Shown here one piece after another: positions 30,101-42,124 of a DNA stretch of 64,000 bases. A model generated the notes under the pieces. It was not told the DNA's origin. It made no database searches and worked only from the letters and a program-made list of their open reading frames with translations. Each line of letters begins with the position of its first letter. Position 1 is the first letter of the stretch. The translations under genes and the position numbers were made by a program. Source of the stretch: Eledone cirrhosa (taxonomy: Eukaryota); the NCBI GenBank assembly GCA_964016885.1, contig OZ024741.1, positions 53,692,001 to 53,756,000 on the forward strand. Reading direction: 5' to 3'.

Positions 30101-30539
30101 CAGGGATCCCGCGAAAAAGATCTGTCCCAGATGCGTGCGCGACGAGGAAACCGTTGCGCATGCACTGGTACACTGCCCGGGCGTTGCCGATCTGTGGGGC
30201 TACGTCGAACGACTGCTGTCGCGTGTGGCGCCGATTCGATTAACCGCCGAGTCTGTGGTGAACATCAAGCCGCCTCCTCCCTTCAGAAATGAAGCAGAGG
30301 CGGTCTTTCTGTGCGTAATAGCCATGATGAAAGAGGTTGTGTGGTGGACGCGCCTGAAAGGTCTGAGGTCGGGTGACTTTCTCTCCGGCCATCACCTGGT
30401 TTACTTCTTCCGATACCTCTTCGGAAGAAGAATCAGGATGGAGAGAGAAGTGCTTGGTCCCAGACAGTTTTATGAAAGGTGGGTGAAAGAAGCGAGAATG
30501 GCCCGTGTAAATGGGCCTTCTCTCTACATTGTTCTGTAG
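27100..30539 (+). CDS. Tx1 ORF2 (APE endonuclease - reverse transcriptase - Cys/His domain); one frameshift in a G run near 27300
   Basis: GCLNARGL, VGDWNG, SYLDRF, SDHKLV, KSPGLDG, DQSKAFD, YADD, CPRC..HALVHC. 1051 codons are open after the frameshift. The start codon is unclear (ATA at 27100). Confidence 0.9.
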
Positions 30540-30770
30540 GTGAAGAAGTGAAGAGGAAAGGGGGAGCGCCTCCTCTCTGGGCTTCCCCCGCGAAAAGAGT
30601 TGCACACTTTTCGGGGGTATGTGCAATCCCCAACACGCCCCCTCCCTTTTGAGGACTTTTTATTGTTATATTATTATTGTTATTCCTTTTTTCTTTACTC
30701 GATTTATGTAAACTCCCCCACTGTGTAAATGTCCCCTTCTTTTGTGCCCTCGTGGCAAATAAATAGAAAT

Positions 30771-30826
<56 letters not shown>

Positions 30827-30891
30827 ATACCAATCTATCTAGCTATCTATCCATTTATTTTTCTATCTATCAAAATATATGCCTGCAAATC

Positions 30892-30941
<50 letters not shown>

Positions 30942-30955
30942 GGGAAAGGTAGAGA

Positions 30956-30999
<44 letters not shown>

Positions 31000-31173
31000 C
31001 ACACAGTTCGATACTTCTTTGTGGCTGCTGGCGAATTTTATGTTTCTCCAGTGATTACAATTTTATTAGTAAATGAATTGCTTTTCATCGTTTCAGAGGC
31101 CAAAATAACAAAATAATTAACAATACGTTTAGTATATTTATATACTGACTAATTGATAGGAAATATTTGTGTG

Positions 31174-31216
<43 letters not shown>

Positions 31217-31225
31217 CAGAGTATG

Positions 31226-31351
31226 ATATCACACAAAAAAAAAGAGAATCAGTGTTGCGACGAATGGATTTTATTGGACATATTACAACGATTGTAATAT
31301 GTCCAATAAATTCCATTCGTCGCAACACTGATTCACTATTTTTTGTGATAT
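31226..31351. repeat. Short fold-back palindrome (~60-bp arms, 3-bp loop)
   Basis: gaatcagtgttgcgacgaatgga..tattacaa cga ttgtaata..tccattcgtcgcaacactgattc. Confidence 0.85.
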
Positions 31352-31464
31352 ATATATATTTATTAAAATAACAGATTTGCTCTACGGTTCTTATATATTT
31401 GATATATATTTATCCTTATCGAGCCCTCTTTGGATTTTAGTCTTCAAATTTATTATTATTACTA

Positions 31465-31625
31465 TACGGACGCCATGCTTTGCAGCACACAGTTACGCCC
31501 CTTTCTGATCTGAGTTCAAATCCTGCCGAGGTTGACTTTGCCTTTCATCCTTACGGGGTCGATAAAATAAAGTACCAGTAATGTACTGGAATAATTACTG
31601 GCCTTGTGCCAAATGTAGAAACAAT

Positions 31626-31630
<5 letters not shown>
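31465..31630 (+). mobile_element. tRNA-derived SINE with MetaSINE-like core
   Basis: B box GAGTTCAAATCC followed by gaggttgactttgcctttcatccttacggggtcgataaaat. Confidence 0.8.
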
Positions 31631-31675
<45 letters not shown>

Positions 31676-31731
31676 CGTTGAAGAGGAGAGGTTTCCGGCA
31701 GTGAGCGGCAGTGAGCGGCAGTGACCATTAG

Positions 31732-31858
31732 GACCAAGTCCAACCTGCCCCAGTGGGAAAACAGCGACTCCGTAATTAAGTGGTTTGAAACTGAGCGAGT
31801 TTGAAATTAGAAATATAAGCTTTCACCGTATTTTTGACTAAAGAAATTTTTACCCTGT
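31732..31858 (+). pseudogene. PLE RT fragment (homologous piece at ~37130-37310)
   Basis: IRTKSNLPQWENSDSVIKWFE, then broken ..FD..E.(F)YP. Nucleotide similarity to 37233-37308. Confidence 0.6.
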
Positions 31859-31865
31859 AATATAT

Positions 31866-31935
31866 ATATATACAAGGGCGGTGCCCCAGCATGGCCTCAG
31901 CCGGATGGCTGAAACAGGTAAAAGAGTAAAAGAAT
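31866..31935 (+). mobile_element. SINE 3' tail
   Basis: ggcggtgccccagcatggcc..tgaaacaggtaaaagagtaaaaga (recognised from memory). Confidence 0.55.
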
Positions 31936-32068
31936 ATATATGTAGCCATTCAATGGCTATCATCGAAATATATAAACCAGTAAATCAGTAAATAAAGGAT
32001 TTTGAGTTCATGCAATTGACTTATGTTTTGTTTCGTCACTATATATATATATATATATATTTAGTTAA

Positions 32069-32335
32069 AGAATGAGATTAACATGGTTGGCTGTACAATA
32101 AGAGCTTTATTTAAAGTACTGACAATCGATTCGTTGATCATGTGGATCTAGAGTTCGCTAATCACTTGATGTTGCGTTATTCGATATCCAATACATTATT
32201 CACCTATGGTTAACACATCAGTGTATGTAGACCCACATGATCAACGAAACAATTGTCAGTACTTTAAATAAAGCCCTTATTGTACAGCCAATCATGTTAA
32301 TCTTCATTCTATAATTATTATTACTCCAAGTATAA
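32069..32335. repeat. Fold-back repeat (family H)
   Basis: Arms 32069-32150 and 32228-32310. Contains GAAACAATTGTC and is homologous to 33060-33172. Confidence 0.75.
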
Positions 32336-32986
32336 TCTGCATAGAAATTACCGCGACCTCGCTGCATAACTATGGAAGCACCTTGTTGAGTAAAAAAAAG
32401 CCGCACGTTAAAACTATCCACGACGCAGAGCACTATATATATATATAAAATATATATATATGGCGATTGTGTTGTTGTTGTTGACGGTGTTGTGTGAGGG
32501 TTGTTTTGCTTTTGTTGATATTAAATACCAGATCATCTGGGGATATAACCCCGATAGAGTAGTAATATATTGAGAATTCTATGTAACTCGACTTCTAGTC
32601 AGAATTTGGAACACATTTCCTGTTCTGATGAAGAACTGAGGTGTCTAGGTTATAATAAACTGTTTATGTCTCTAATGAGATTGTAAACAACAAATATAAT
32701 GCATGTTTCACAATCGCTTTTGCATATTTTAAGTATGGATACGTAACTCCTAATGGAATTGGCGAGACATCGTTGTACCATACAACAAGTGTTGGGTGTT
32801 TTAAACATGGCGTAGCACATCTCCTCTCCAGGTCTAAACACAGTCAATTTCTTCTAGAAAATGAGAGGGAAATCCAAAGTGTACATACACTCTGATGGAA
32901 TACACCAGAATAGTTTTTAAAGAAAATGCATTCCAGTAGTGTCTATCTTATCAATTTTCCACATATAGTACCCCCGGACCATATGT

Positions 32987-33172
32987 ATTACCTAAGTAAT
33001 TCCGATGATTTGATCAGAGACATCCCCTGTATTTAAGGTCGAGTGACGCAACTTCGATTGATTAGCGGCCTTTAGACTCACCTGATCAATGAAACAATTG
33101 TTAATACTGTAAATAAAACCCTTTTTGTACAGGCGACCATGTTATTATTCACTCTGTCATTACCTAAGTAAT
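32987..33172 (+). repeat. 172-bp family H unit with 14-bp terminal redundancy and decayed HHR
   Basis: ATTACCTAAGTAAT at 32987 and 33159. CCGATGA-tttgatcag...ctgatcaat-GAAACAATTGTT-aatac. Confidence 0.65.
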
Positions 33173-33927
33173 ATTTTTTCTTGAAAGAGTGTAGGTTTTG
33201 ATTTGTGCGGGATATTTTGCTGCTATTTCAAGTAAGACCAGCGAGTGAGCGACCGCATAAAGACATCCTCCATTCTTTTATTAGAAGAATGAAAGAGCGC
33301 TCAACTGCACGTCTTGTCTGACTGCGTCATTAAACAAGCTTATTTTCTTTCACGAAAAACCGCTATGTCTCTCTATTTAGCTTCGTGATTTTGCAAACAA
33401 ATGATTGAAAGAAATTCTTCTCAAGAATACAATTATTACCCACCTATCTCCAACCACACACGATTGCTTCTAAACATCCTCTAACCATTCTCCACCTTTC
33501 ACCCAACCTCTATTCATATCTCCCCATTCCGTTCCAATATAGAAGCGTATTGCTCCAACAGGAAGCAGACGGAATGCCTGTCTTAGAGGAAGTTGCTTAA
33601 TACAAGATGTTTGGATGGAAACAACACCCTTTTACCTTGCCAAAAACAAAAAATTCTTTTATATTTGATTAGATAATTCTCGTCATCATAATCATCATCA
33701 TCAACACCATCATCATCATCAGCAGCAGCATCATGATCGACATCAACATCGTCGTCGTCTCATAGAATATAACCATCACCAACAACAGCAACAGCATCAC
33801 CTTCTTCTTCTCCACCACATCCGCCCCTCCTCTTCTGTTCTTTCATTTTCGAGTTTTCTTTCCCGACTTTCCGTTTTGTTAAATAGAAAATGGAAATATA
33901 ACCGAATTTCAAATAATGATATTATGC

Positions 33928-33996
<69 letters not shown>

Positions 33997-34249
33997 GATA
34001 GAGAGAAAGAAAGAGTAAGAACGAGAGAGACATTCTGTAAAATCTAAACGGAAGCTCCTTACAATGCTTAGTCCTGATCGAGATGAATGTCAAGGCTAAC
34101 CTTGACAGGGAAAATATGTATTTCAATTGAATGTCGACAGTATTTGTTAGGAAGAAACTAAATGTGGGGAGACGGTAAGACTGCACAAATCCCGAATTAA
34201 GCTTAAAATCTCAATTTGTTTTAATTCCCTACTATCAAATGATATATCT

Positions 34250-34530
34250 GACTTAGAGGTTACAGTGTTCGGCTCACGATCATAAGGTTGCGAGTTCTAT
34301 TTTCGAACCGAGTAGGGGGTTGTCTTTGAGCAAGTTTGTTTAAGAAGATGATTTAGTTCACGCAGCTCCATGGCAAAAATGCATTTCACTTGTAAATTAT
34401 TGTGTCATGCCGAATCTCCTGAGAACTACATTAAATGTGCAACCATCCATAGCATTCTTAGCCAGTTACATGTTAATTTTACGAGCAGGCAGTTCCTTTG
34501 GTTGAATTAACTGGGGTATTCATTGTTGAA
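34250..34530 (+). mobile_element. Decayed tRNA-derived SINE
   Basis: A/B-box-like head (ttagaggtta..gagttc), gtctttgagcaag core, body ctgagaactac..acgagcaggc. Confidence 0.6.
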
Positions 34531-34897
34531 AATTACACAGGTCCAACAATACGACTTTAAAACTTGAAATGTTGGCTTAAACAACCTTTCTGGTAATAAT
34601 GTTACTTGGAACAAAATTCATCAAAATTAGCGTATATTTTTATGGGTGAAGTTTTGCTATTAGGTTATTCATGTCCTGGGCCAATACTGGCCGAAGCCTA
34701 TCAAAGTTATACCGATTCAAAGGTTCTGAAATTGAAATTGAAAAGCCCTGGTGTATTCTCGTGTGTCGTTTAGCTGTTGTCACATCCCGATGTAAATACA
34801 CGTATCCATTACAGATAAGAAATTTACGAAAAAAAAAACAATATTGCCAAGTAAATACAGGTTATATATATATACATACATACATACATACATACAT

Positions 34898-35045
34898 GAC
34901 TCCCGTAAAGTTTCCGTCAACTAAATTCGTCTCACAAGGTTTCACTCATTTCGAAACTATAGAAGAAGACATTTTCTCTGGCTTCCACACCATGGGATTC
35001 AACCGAAAACACATGGTTGTGATGCGACCTTTTTAAGCTCCTTGC
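34898..35045 (-). mobile_element. Decayed tRNA-derived SINE
   Basis: gtttccgtcaactaaattc..tcacaagg..ctatagaagaagaca..gggattcaacc. Confidence 0.5.
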
Positions 35046-35271
35046 AATGATTGCTCTTATATATATGGGACATGTTTCTCTACAGTTTGTATTTACTATA
35101 TTTCCCATGACCTAATGCTAATTGCTTTGAACAAATTGTGTTATTATTGATGATTGGTTAATGATATGTACACGTCTCATTAGTTAGCAGTAAATTATTA
35201 ATAACTCTCTGTCTTCTCTCTGATATAAAAGGAGAATAAATTTTATTTTTCATCCAGTTAAAGTGACTAAT

Positions 35272-36034
35272 GTATAATACATCTTCTGTATAATACATCT
35301 TCTGTATAATACATCTTATGTATAATACATCTTCTATATAGTACATATTCTGTATAATACATCTTCTGTATGGAACATCTTTATAATACATCTTCTGTAT
35401 AGTACATCTTCTGTATAATATATCTTCTATATAGTACATCTTCTGTATAATACATCTTCTATATAGTACATCTTCTGTATAATACATCTTCTATATAATA
35501 CATCTTCTGTATAATACATCTTCTATATAGTACATCTTCTGTATAATACGTATTCTATATAGTACATCTTCTGTATAATACATCGTCTATATAGTACATC
35601 TTCTGTATAATACATATTCTATATAGTACATCTTCTGTATAATACATCTTCTATACAGTACATCTTCTGTATAATACATCTTCTATATAGTACATCTTCT
35701 GTATAATACATATTCTATATAGTACATCTTCTGTATAATACATCTTCTATATAGTACATCTTCTGTATAATACATCTTCTATATAGTACATCTTCTGTAT
35801 AATACATCTTCTATATAGTACATCTTCTGTATAATACATCTTCTATATAGTACATCTTCTGTATACATATTCTATATAGTACATCTTCTGTATAATACAT
35901 CTTCTATATAGTACATCTTCTGTATAATACATCTTCTATATAGTACATCTTCTGTATAATACATATTCTATATAGTACATCTTCTGTATAATACATCTTC
36001 TATATAGTACATCTTCTGTATAATACATCTTCTG
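35272..36034. repeat. Minisatellite, 32-bp dimer of 16-mers
   Basis: (TATAATACATCTTCTA TATAGTACATCTTCTG)n. Confidence 0.95.
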
Positions 36035-36407
36035 CAATGGAGTTGAAACTTATGTTACATCAATAACGCCTACGTCACTTTCCCTAACACATTGCGCCAT
36101 GTTCCTAACGATTTTTTGTCTAACTCTTTCAACAATTGTAAATTACTACGATAAAACTAGTTCGACATACTTAAATACCTTGAAAGTTTCGTACATATTT
36201 ATATTTTCATGGACTCGCAGCTTTCTAATCAAAAGATACTTAGACAAGTGGAGGAATACATATAAACTAAGCCGTATCGGTTGATCCAGCTTGGGGATCG
36301 ATTTGAAGACAGTTGTTTCTCATAGGGCACTTTAAAAGTGATGTCTAAGGACTCCTATCTAACGACCCTCTCAGCAAAAAGTGGGCGAAGTAGACGACGA
36401 CGACAAC

Positions 36408-36502
36408 GAAGAAGAAGAAGAAGAAGAAGAAGAAGAAGAAGAAGAAGAAGAAGAAGAAGAAGAAGAAGAAGAAGAAGAAGAAGAAGAAGAAGAAGAAGAA
36501 GA
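36408..36502. repeat. (GAA)n microsatellite
   Basis: Pure triplet run preceded by (GAC)n. Confidence 0.95.
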
Positions 36503-37284
36503 CATCGATGGATCTGAAAGATCAAATTATATAAAACTAGTTCGACATACTTAAATCTGAGGTAGGCATACTTTCATTTCAAATCAGACTGTATGAACAG
36601 ATTGATTGATTGTCTGTAACAACCAATTTCTATTTTTATTTTACTATAAAACGGGAAAAAATGTTTAGAGATTTTAATATCAGCATAACTTCATTGTATG
36701 AGACAAGGTGGTGCTATAGATAAGGAACTGTGTCACCCAGAAACGAAATTTGCGTAAAAACTTGAAAACCTATTTCAAAATATTTTAGACAATATATAAG
36801 TGCTAGTAAAAATAGTGAAACTGAAAAACTTTAGGTAAAATTGAATGATTTAATTTTCGTATTTTTCATAAACTACCTCCATAAAATACTATCATTTTAG
36901 AGTAGCTTCATACTCTAGATTCCTTGGCTACTCTGCCTGAAATTTTTTGACCTTTGCGCATTTTCCTGGCAATCTATGGAACTTCAGTTGCAAACCAAAA
37001 GGGTTTCTCAACCTTCGTCGTAAAGACTCAAGAATGGTTGTCTTCATTTGTTCTCAAGCACTGTTGCCCTCGCTGGCTCGTTTTTCCATCGGAGAATAGA
37101 TACTTTTCAGGAGTTTCGTCTGTATATCAGAATGTCATCAGAGAAGAAATGTGATAAACAGGCGAAAATCTAGATTAGGAAGACTTATTATTTAGCCTAA
37201 ATAAAACGAATGTAGATAAAGTAGTAAGTATGTTTGAAACAGCGAGTGAGTTTGAATATAGAAATAAAGCTTTCGCCGTACTTA

Positions 37285-37426
37285 GACTAAAGAAAATTTT
37301 AGCCTGATAGTGGGGTTTAGAACCCTCGAGGAAATGGAAAAAGATTAATATTGACGCCAATACTCATTTTTTTTCCATTTCTTAGAGGGTTTTACAGCCC
37401 ACTATCAGGCTAAATTTTCTTTAGTC
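37285..37426. repeat. Fold-back at the end of a PLE RT fragment
   Basis: Arms 37285-37353 and 37358-37426. Confidence 0.8.
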
Positions 37427-37483
37427 GAATATATATATATAAATTAATAAAAACAAAGAAACAGTTCCTTATATTAAAAATAT

Positions 37484-39252
37484 GATTATTATCCCTCTAT
37501 ATCACCCATACTCCTGAACCAAGCCTTGATATTGGCCAAAAATAGATCAAACTTAACTATTGATGACATTAATATTATCACGCACGTTAGACAAACACTA
37601 TTGGAATTTCAGAAGAAATACTGGACCAGAAATACATATAGTAATCTATTCGACATTACTATTGGCCCTAGTGAGACTGCCTAAATTACCGATCTTGTGG
37701 GCCTCTTTCTTCTATTTAACATAAATGCTTCTTTTCCCCACCTTAAAGGTGGTTTATATCGTAATGACTGTCTTCTTCTTTCCACTAACCTTAGCCTATC
37801 AGAAATTGAAAAAAATAAAAAAAACTTATTAGAACTTTCCTCAAAGACTATTATAGTCTCACTAATACATTTGAAAACACCAGTAAAGTAGTTAATTTCC
37901 TTGATATAACTTTAGACTTATCTACGGGTATCTACCAACCTTACCATAAACCAAACCAAAACTTACATTACATACACTCACAATCCAATCACCCTAGATC
38001 TATCCTTAAAACCTAGCATATAATATCTCACTCAGAATTTCTAACCTTTCATCTAACCAGGATGTATTCGATAAAAATGCGACCTTTTATAACGAAGCTT
38101 TAGCTAGAAGCGGCCTCAAAAACAAATTAGTCTATATACTTTGTAACAATAATACTACAAACATACAACCCAATATAACCAACAAACACCAAATAAAAAA
38201 TACAGACCTAAATGCCACTCACACTATACCCAAAAATGCCAACTAAAAAATTTAATTTCTCTACCTCTTCTCACATACAATATAATAACTTTCAAAAAAC
38301 CATTCATCTTAATACTCCAATATATGTTAATAACATTACTAACAAGATTCCTAATAATCATACTAAAACACCTAAATCAGTGAATTTAACTAAACATATG
38401 TATAATAAATTCATTAATACTAACTCTCTTAGTAAACATCAGGATACATCGTATAAAAATTTAAAAAAACAACATCGAAACCGTAATAGACGAGTTACTT
38501 GGTATAATGCTCCATTTAATCTACAAATTAAAGATAATGTGTTTTACTATCCTAGAGAAATACTTCCCGCCAAACCATAAATACCATCAAATTTTAAATA
38601 GATCAACGACCAAATTCTCCTACTCCACTACCAAAAATATACAACAAAATATAAGTGCCTACAATGCATATAAATGTAAAACAAACCATGAATATACCAC
38701 CAACACATCAAACTAACCATAATACTAAAATAAACCGCAGCAAACCACCATCTCCTTAACATACAACAAGTCGAGTAAATTCCACACCTAATTTGACTAA
38801 CTCCCCTGATATAATATTCACGAATGGTTGTAACTGTAGAAACAAAGCAAATTGCCCATTAAAAGGAAATTGCCTTACTAATAACAGCATATACATGTAA
38901 AATTAGCACTAAGGACTCAACTTATTCATATATAGGAGCTACTTCTAACCAATTTAAAATAAGATTTTATACCCACAAACACAGTTTTTAAAATGCCGCA
39001 TTAGCTAATACAACATCCTTGGCTAAAATAATTAATAATTATAGAAAAAAGAATATCGATTATAACCTGACCTGGAATGTGCTCAAAAGGGCCACCCCTT
39101 ATCAAAATAACAGATATGAATGTAGATTATGTTCCCCGGAACTTTTTGAAATAATGAAATCTAAGAATATCCTATTAAATAAGCGACAAGAATTAATTAT
39201 ATCGTGCAATCATAGAATTAGAAGAACTTTCAAGTATTATAAACCTAATTAA
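37484..39252 (+). pseudogene. PLE RT + GIY-YIG endonuclease, disrupted
   Basis: DYYPSIS, FDITIG, DLVGLFLL, GGLYRND, FLDITL, SNHP, TWYNAPF, CNCRNKANCPLKGNCL, YIGAT..FKIRF..HKHSF, CRLC, LLNKRQEL..CNH. Confidence 0.88.
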
Positions 39253-39954
39253 TATACACTTATATTTTACAAATTATTATAATTATTTTTTTAAAATTTA
39301 GTTAACCTATAATTAGTATTTTACTACTGAGAACTTCATAATTTTATTTCCCTTTTACAGCTATCTTTTCCTAAAATTAATACCTATAAGTATACATATA
39401 AACTATTTTAATTTCATGTTATGAATCTAAATTCCTTGTAGTCTATATAAGTTTGTTATTTCTCACTAATACATGTATCCTCCCCCAATTTTTTTTCCTT
39501 CGTTTTTAACAACATTCTTTAATAACATCTAACTATTTATCACATCTATATGAATTATTATAAATTTATCCCTATAAGTATACCTATCAATTAAATTAAT
39601 TTAACTTCTTTTTATAGATCTAAATTCCTTATGTTTTAAATAAGATTGGTATTTCTCACTCCTAAAATGTTATTCTCCTTCGATTTTAACATTAGCATTA
39701 TTCTTTAATAACATCAAATTTTCGTGTACCTTTCACCGGCTTGACCTCTTTTCATCCCCAAAGTAATCTTTTCATTCAAAGTATTCTTTCCATTCAAAAC
39801 TGAACTCTGCATTCCTCTACCACTAATTTAAATTTCTAATACTACTATTCTATCAACTTAACCACTTACTACTTTTTTATAGGTCAATTCAAAACCTGTT
39901 CCCAAACAGACCTATTATATTAAATCTTTGTTGTTTTTTTTTCAACAAACAAAT

Positions 39955-40088
39955 ATTATTTCTGAAGACAGCATATATATGTGTAGGTATGTATATTCCC
40001 TCTGATAGTTTGTAAAATGTTTACATAGATCTATATGATATACATACCAACACACACATATATATCCTAGAAACGATCGCAAAATGAT
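39955..40088 (+). ncRNA. Decayed type I HHR with 101-nt stem II
   Basis: ttattt-CTGAAGA-[atatatatgtgt/ggtatgtatat helices]-GAAAC-gatc-GCA-aaatga. U16.1 appears mutated to C. Confidence 0.5.
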
Positions 40089-41419
40089 GAATTTTTTAAT
40101 ATAAGGAACTGTTTCTTTGTTTTTATTCATTGTTTTTATTAATTTATCTTGACTCTGTTTTCCTGTGATTTTCATCGAAAAAAGTTTTGAATACATCTTC
40201 TCTTTTCGTGATATTTGGATTACATTGAGTTCTTCATACGGATTGGACACTACCGTATATTTTGGTAGATTTATCTACATATATATATATATATATACAC
40301 ATTTAAATATATTAGTACATTGTTCATTTCATACAATTGTATTGCTGATTCAAGTATAGGAAAGAATTTGAAATGATTTTAATATAGGAATAAATTGATA
40401 TTTAAGGAAGAAAATAGTCTCTGTTTTTCTTTATTAGTCCCAAACGTTCTAAATATTTATAGCTATAACACGTCGTATTTTTATTTGTTCAATATAAATA
40501 AACGATAGGAGACATAGCTGCAGTTTAATGATCCTCACCGGATTTTGTTTCCTCAGAAAAGTTTTCATTATGCATATTTCTCAGTGATACATTTTCAGAA
40601 GTTTACATTGTGTTTATTTCCTTGAAAATATATTATTTTTGTAAGTAATTCCTAGTTGTTGAAATGACAACCGCTCACAAATGAAATTTATAACATTATC
40701 ATGATTCATATTACTCATTATCAATATGAAATTGGAAGACATTAGGAAAAATGTTCGTGATTAATTTTACTCTAACATCAAACACTGATCAAATGTATAC
40801 AGTAATGAAAACATTAACAAATGGATGTGTGCAATAAGGAAAGAACAAAAAGCGAATAAATAAATGAAATAAATAAAATGTTTTATTTTTAATTTCACCA
40901 GAATAACTATGATATACAACTATGAACATTTCATATACAATATCTCATAACGTTTTACTAATAATTTTACAAGAAAAAAAAATGGAGGCGGACAATAAGT
41001 TGTAGTTATACGTGATAGATGATGTATGATAGGCAACATAAAAAATATATAAATCACTCGTCAAAAACATTTGCAGAAATTTTCTTCTGTTTAATTAAAA
41101 TACAAGGGTGTTAAAAGTAATTGGTTGAATTGGTGGCAACTTCTGATAAAGGAAAATAATTCAGTTGGCTTCTATGAAATGCCCTAACGCGAGTAAGCTA
41201 TGCGTGGGCACAGATATTTCTTTAATTAAACTTATATTATACTGTGGATAGATGTATACATTCTTCTATTCTGAAATGTCTGGATACGCCATTTTGAAAA
41301 CATATATGAGGTTTTATACACGCATGCATACACACACTTATACATATAGACACACGTACATAGATACATAATATACAACATATATGTAATTATGTATGTA
41401 TGTATGTATATATATATAG

Positions 41420-41825
41420 GGAGAGATGACCCCTTAGCCTTTGTCAAGGCAGAATTCTAGGAGAAGGAAAACTCTGATATAACACCTGCAACCCTGATGG
41501 TATCCAATGATGTTGACTTGTTCTTCTTTTTGGTAAATATCATCTTGGTTAAGAGAGTGTGACTGGCTTTGTGCCGTGCCTTTGCTCACTATAAAAGCTT
41601 CACGGCACAGGCATTGCTTTATATCTGGAGATCTCTCTGCACTTGTCATCACGGGGTACAATGGGCCCAGCACTATGTGTCAATAATTGTCACAAGTGTA
41701 GTGTTTGTACCAGAGTTTTCAAGTCGCTGGCTGGACTAAAAAGTCACACTCGTTCAGCGCATCATTAGGGGTTCTCCTACATGGATATAAAGTAGTGGCC
41801 GTACTCGAAAACGACTTGGCAGCCA

Positions 41826-41829
<4 letters not shown>
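41420..41829 (+). mobile_element. RTE-derived non-autonomous element
   Basis: Head shared with 46987-47200 and 61345-61550. Tail encodes CSVCTRVFKSLAGLKSHTR (RTE-type C-terminal zinc finger). Confidence 0.6.
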
Positions 41830-41904
<75 letters not shown>

Positions 41905-42092
41905 TATATCCAAAACACGGGGCGCACAGGGTTAAGACATCGGAGATAAATGGGAAAATGCACGGTCCTTTCTAATCATATGTTTGTGTGTATGTTTATA
42001 GGTATGTATGTATATATGGTGAGTTATTCTTTCCTTGCAGCTTTTGCAGCAGTACATACATATATACATACATACATACACGCACGCAAAAC

Positions 42093-42124
<32 letters not shown>

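Larger units (their letters stand above)
25081..30771 (+). mobile_element. Near full-length Tx1-clade LINE inserted in (TATC)n
   Basis: 5' UTR, ORF1 with zinc knuckle, ORF2 APE-RT, 3' UTR with AATAAA. (TATC)n on both sides. Confidence 0.93.
37441..40150 (+). mobile_element. 5'-truncated Hydra-type PLE with short 5' inversion
   Basis: 37441-37481 is the reverse complement of ~40093-40135. Contains an RT-EN pseudogene and an HHR-like motif in the 3' region. Confidence 0.8.

Noticed and set aside
35272-36034. CRISPR-like array or ORF 35158-35487
   Set aside because: No unique spacers and no cas genes. It is a plain minisatellite in eukaryotic DNA.
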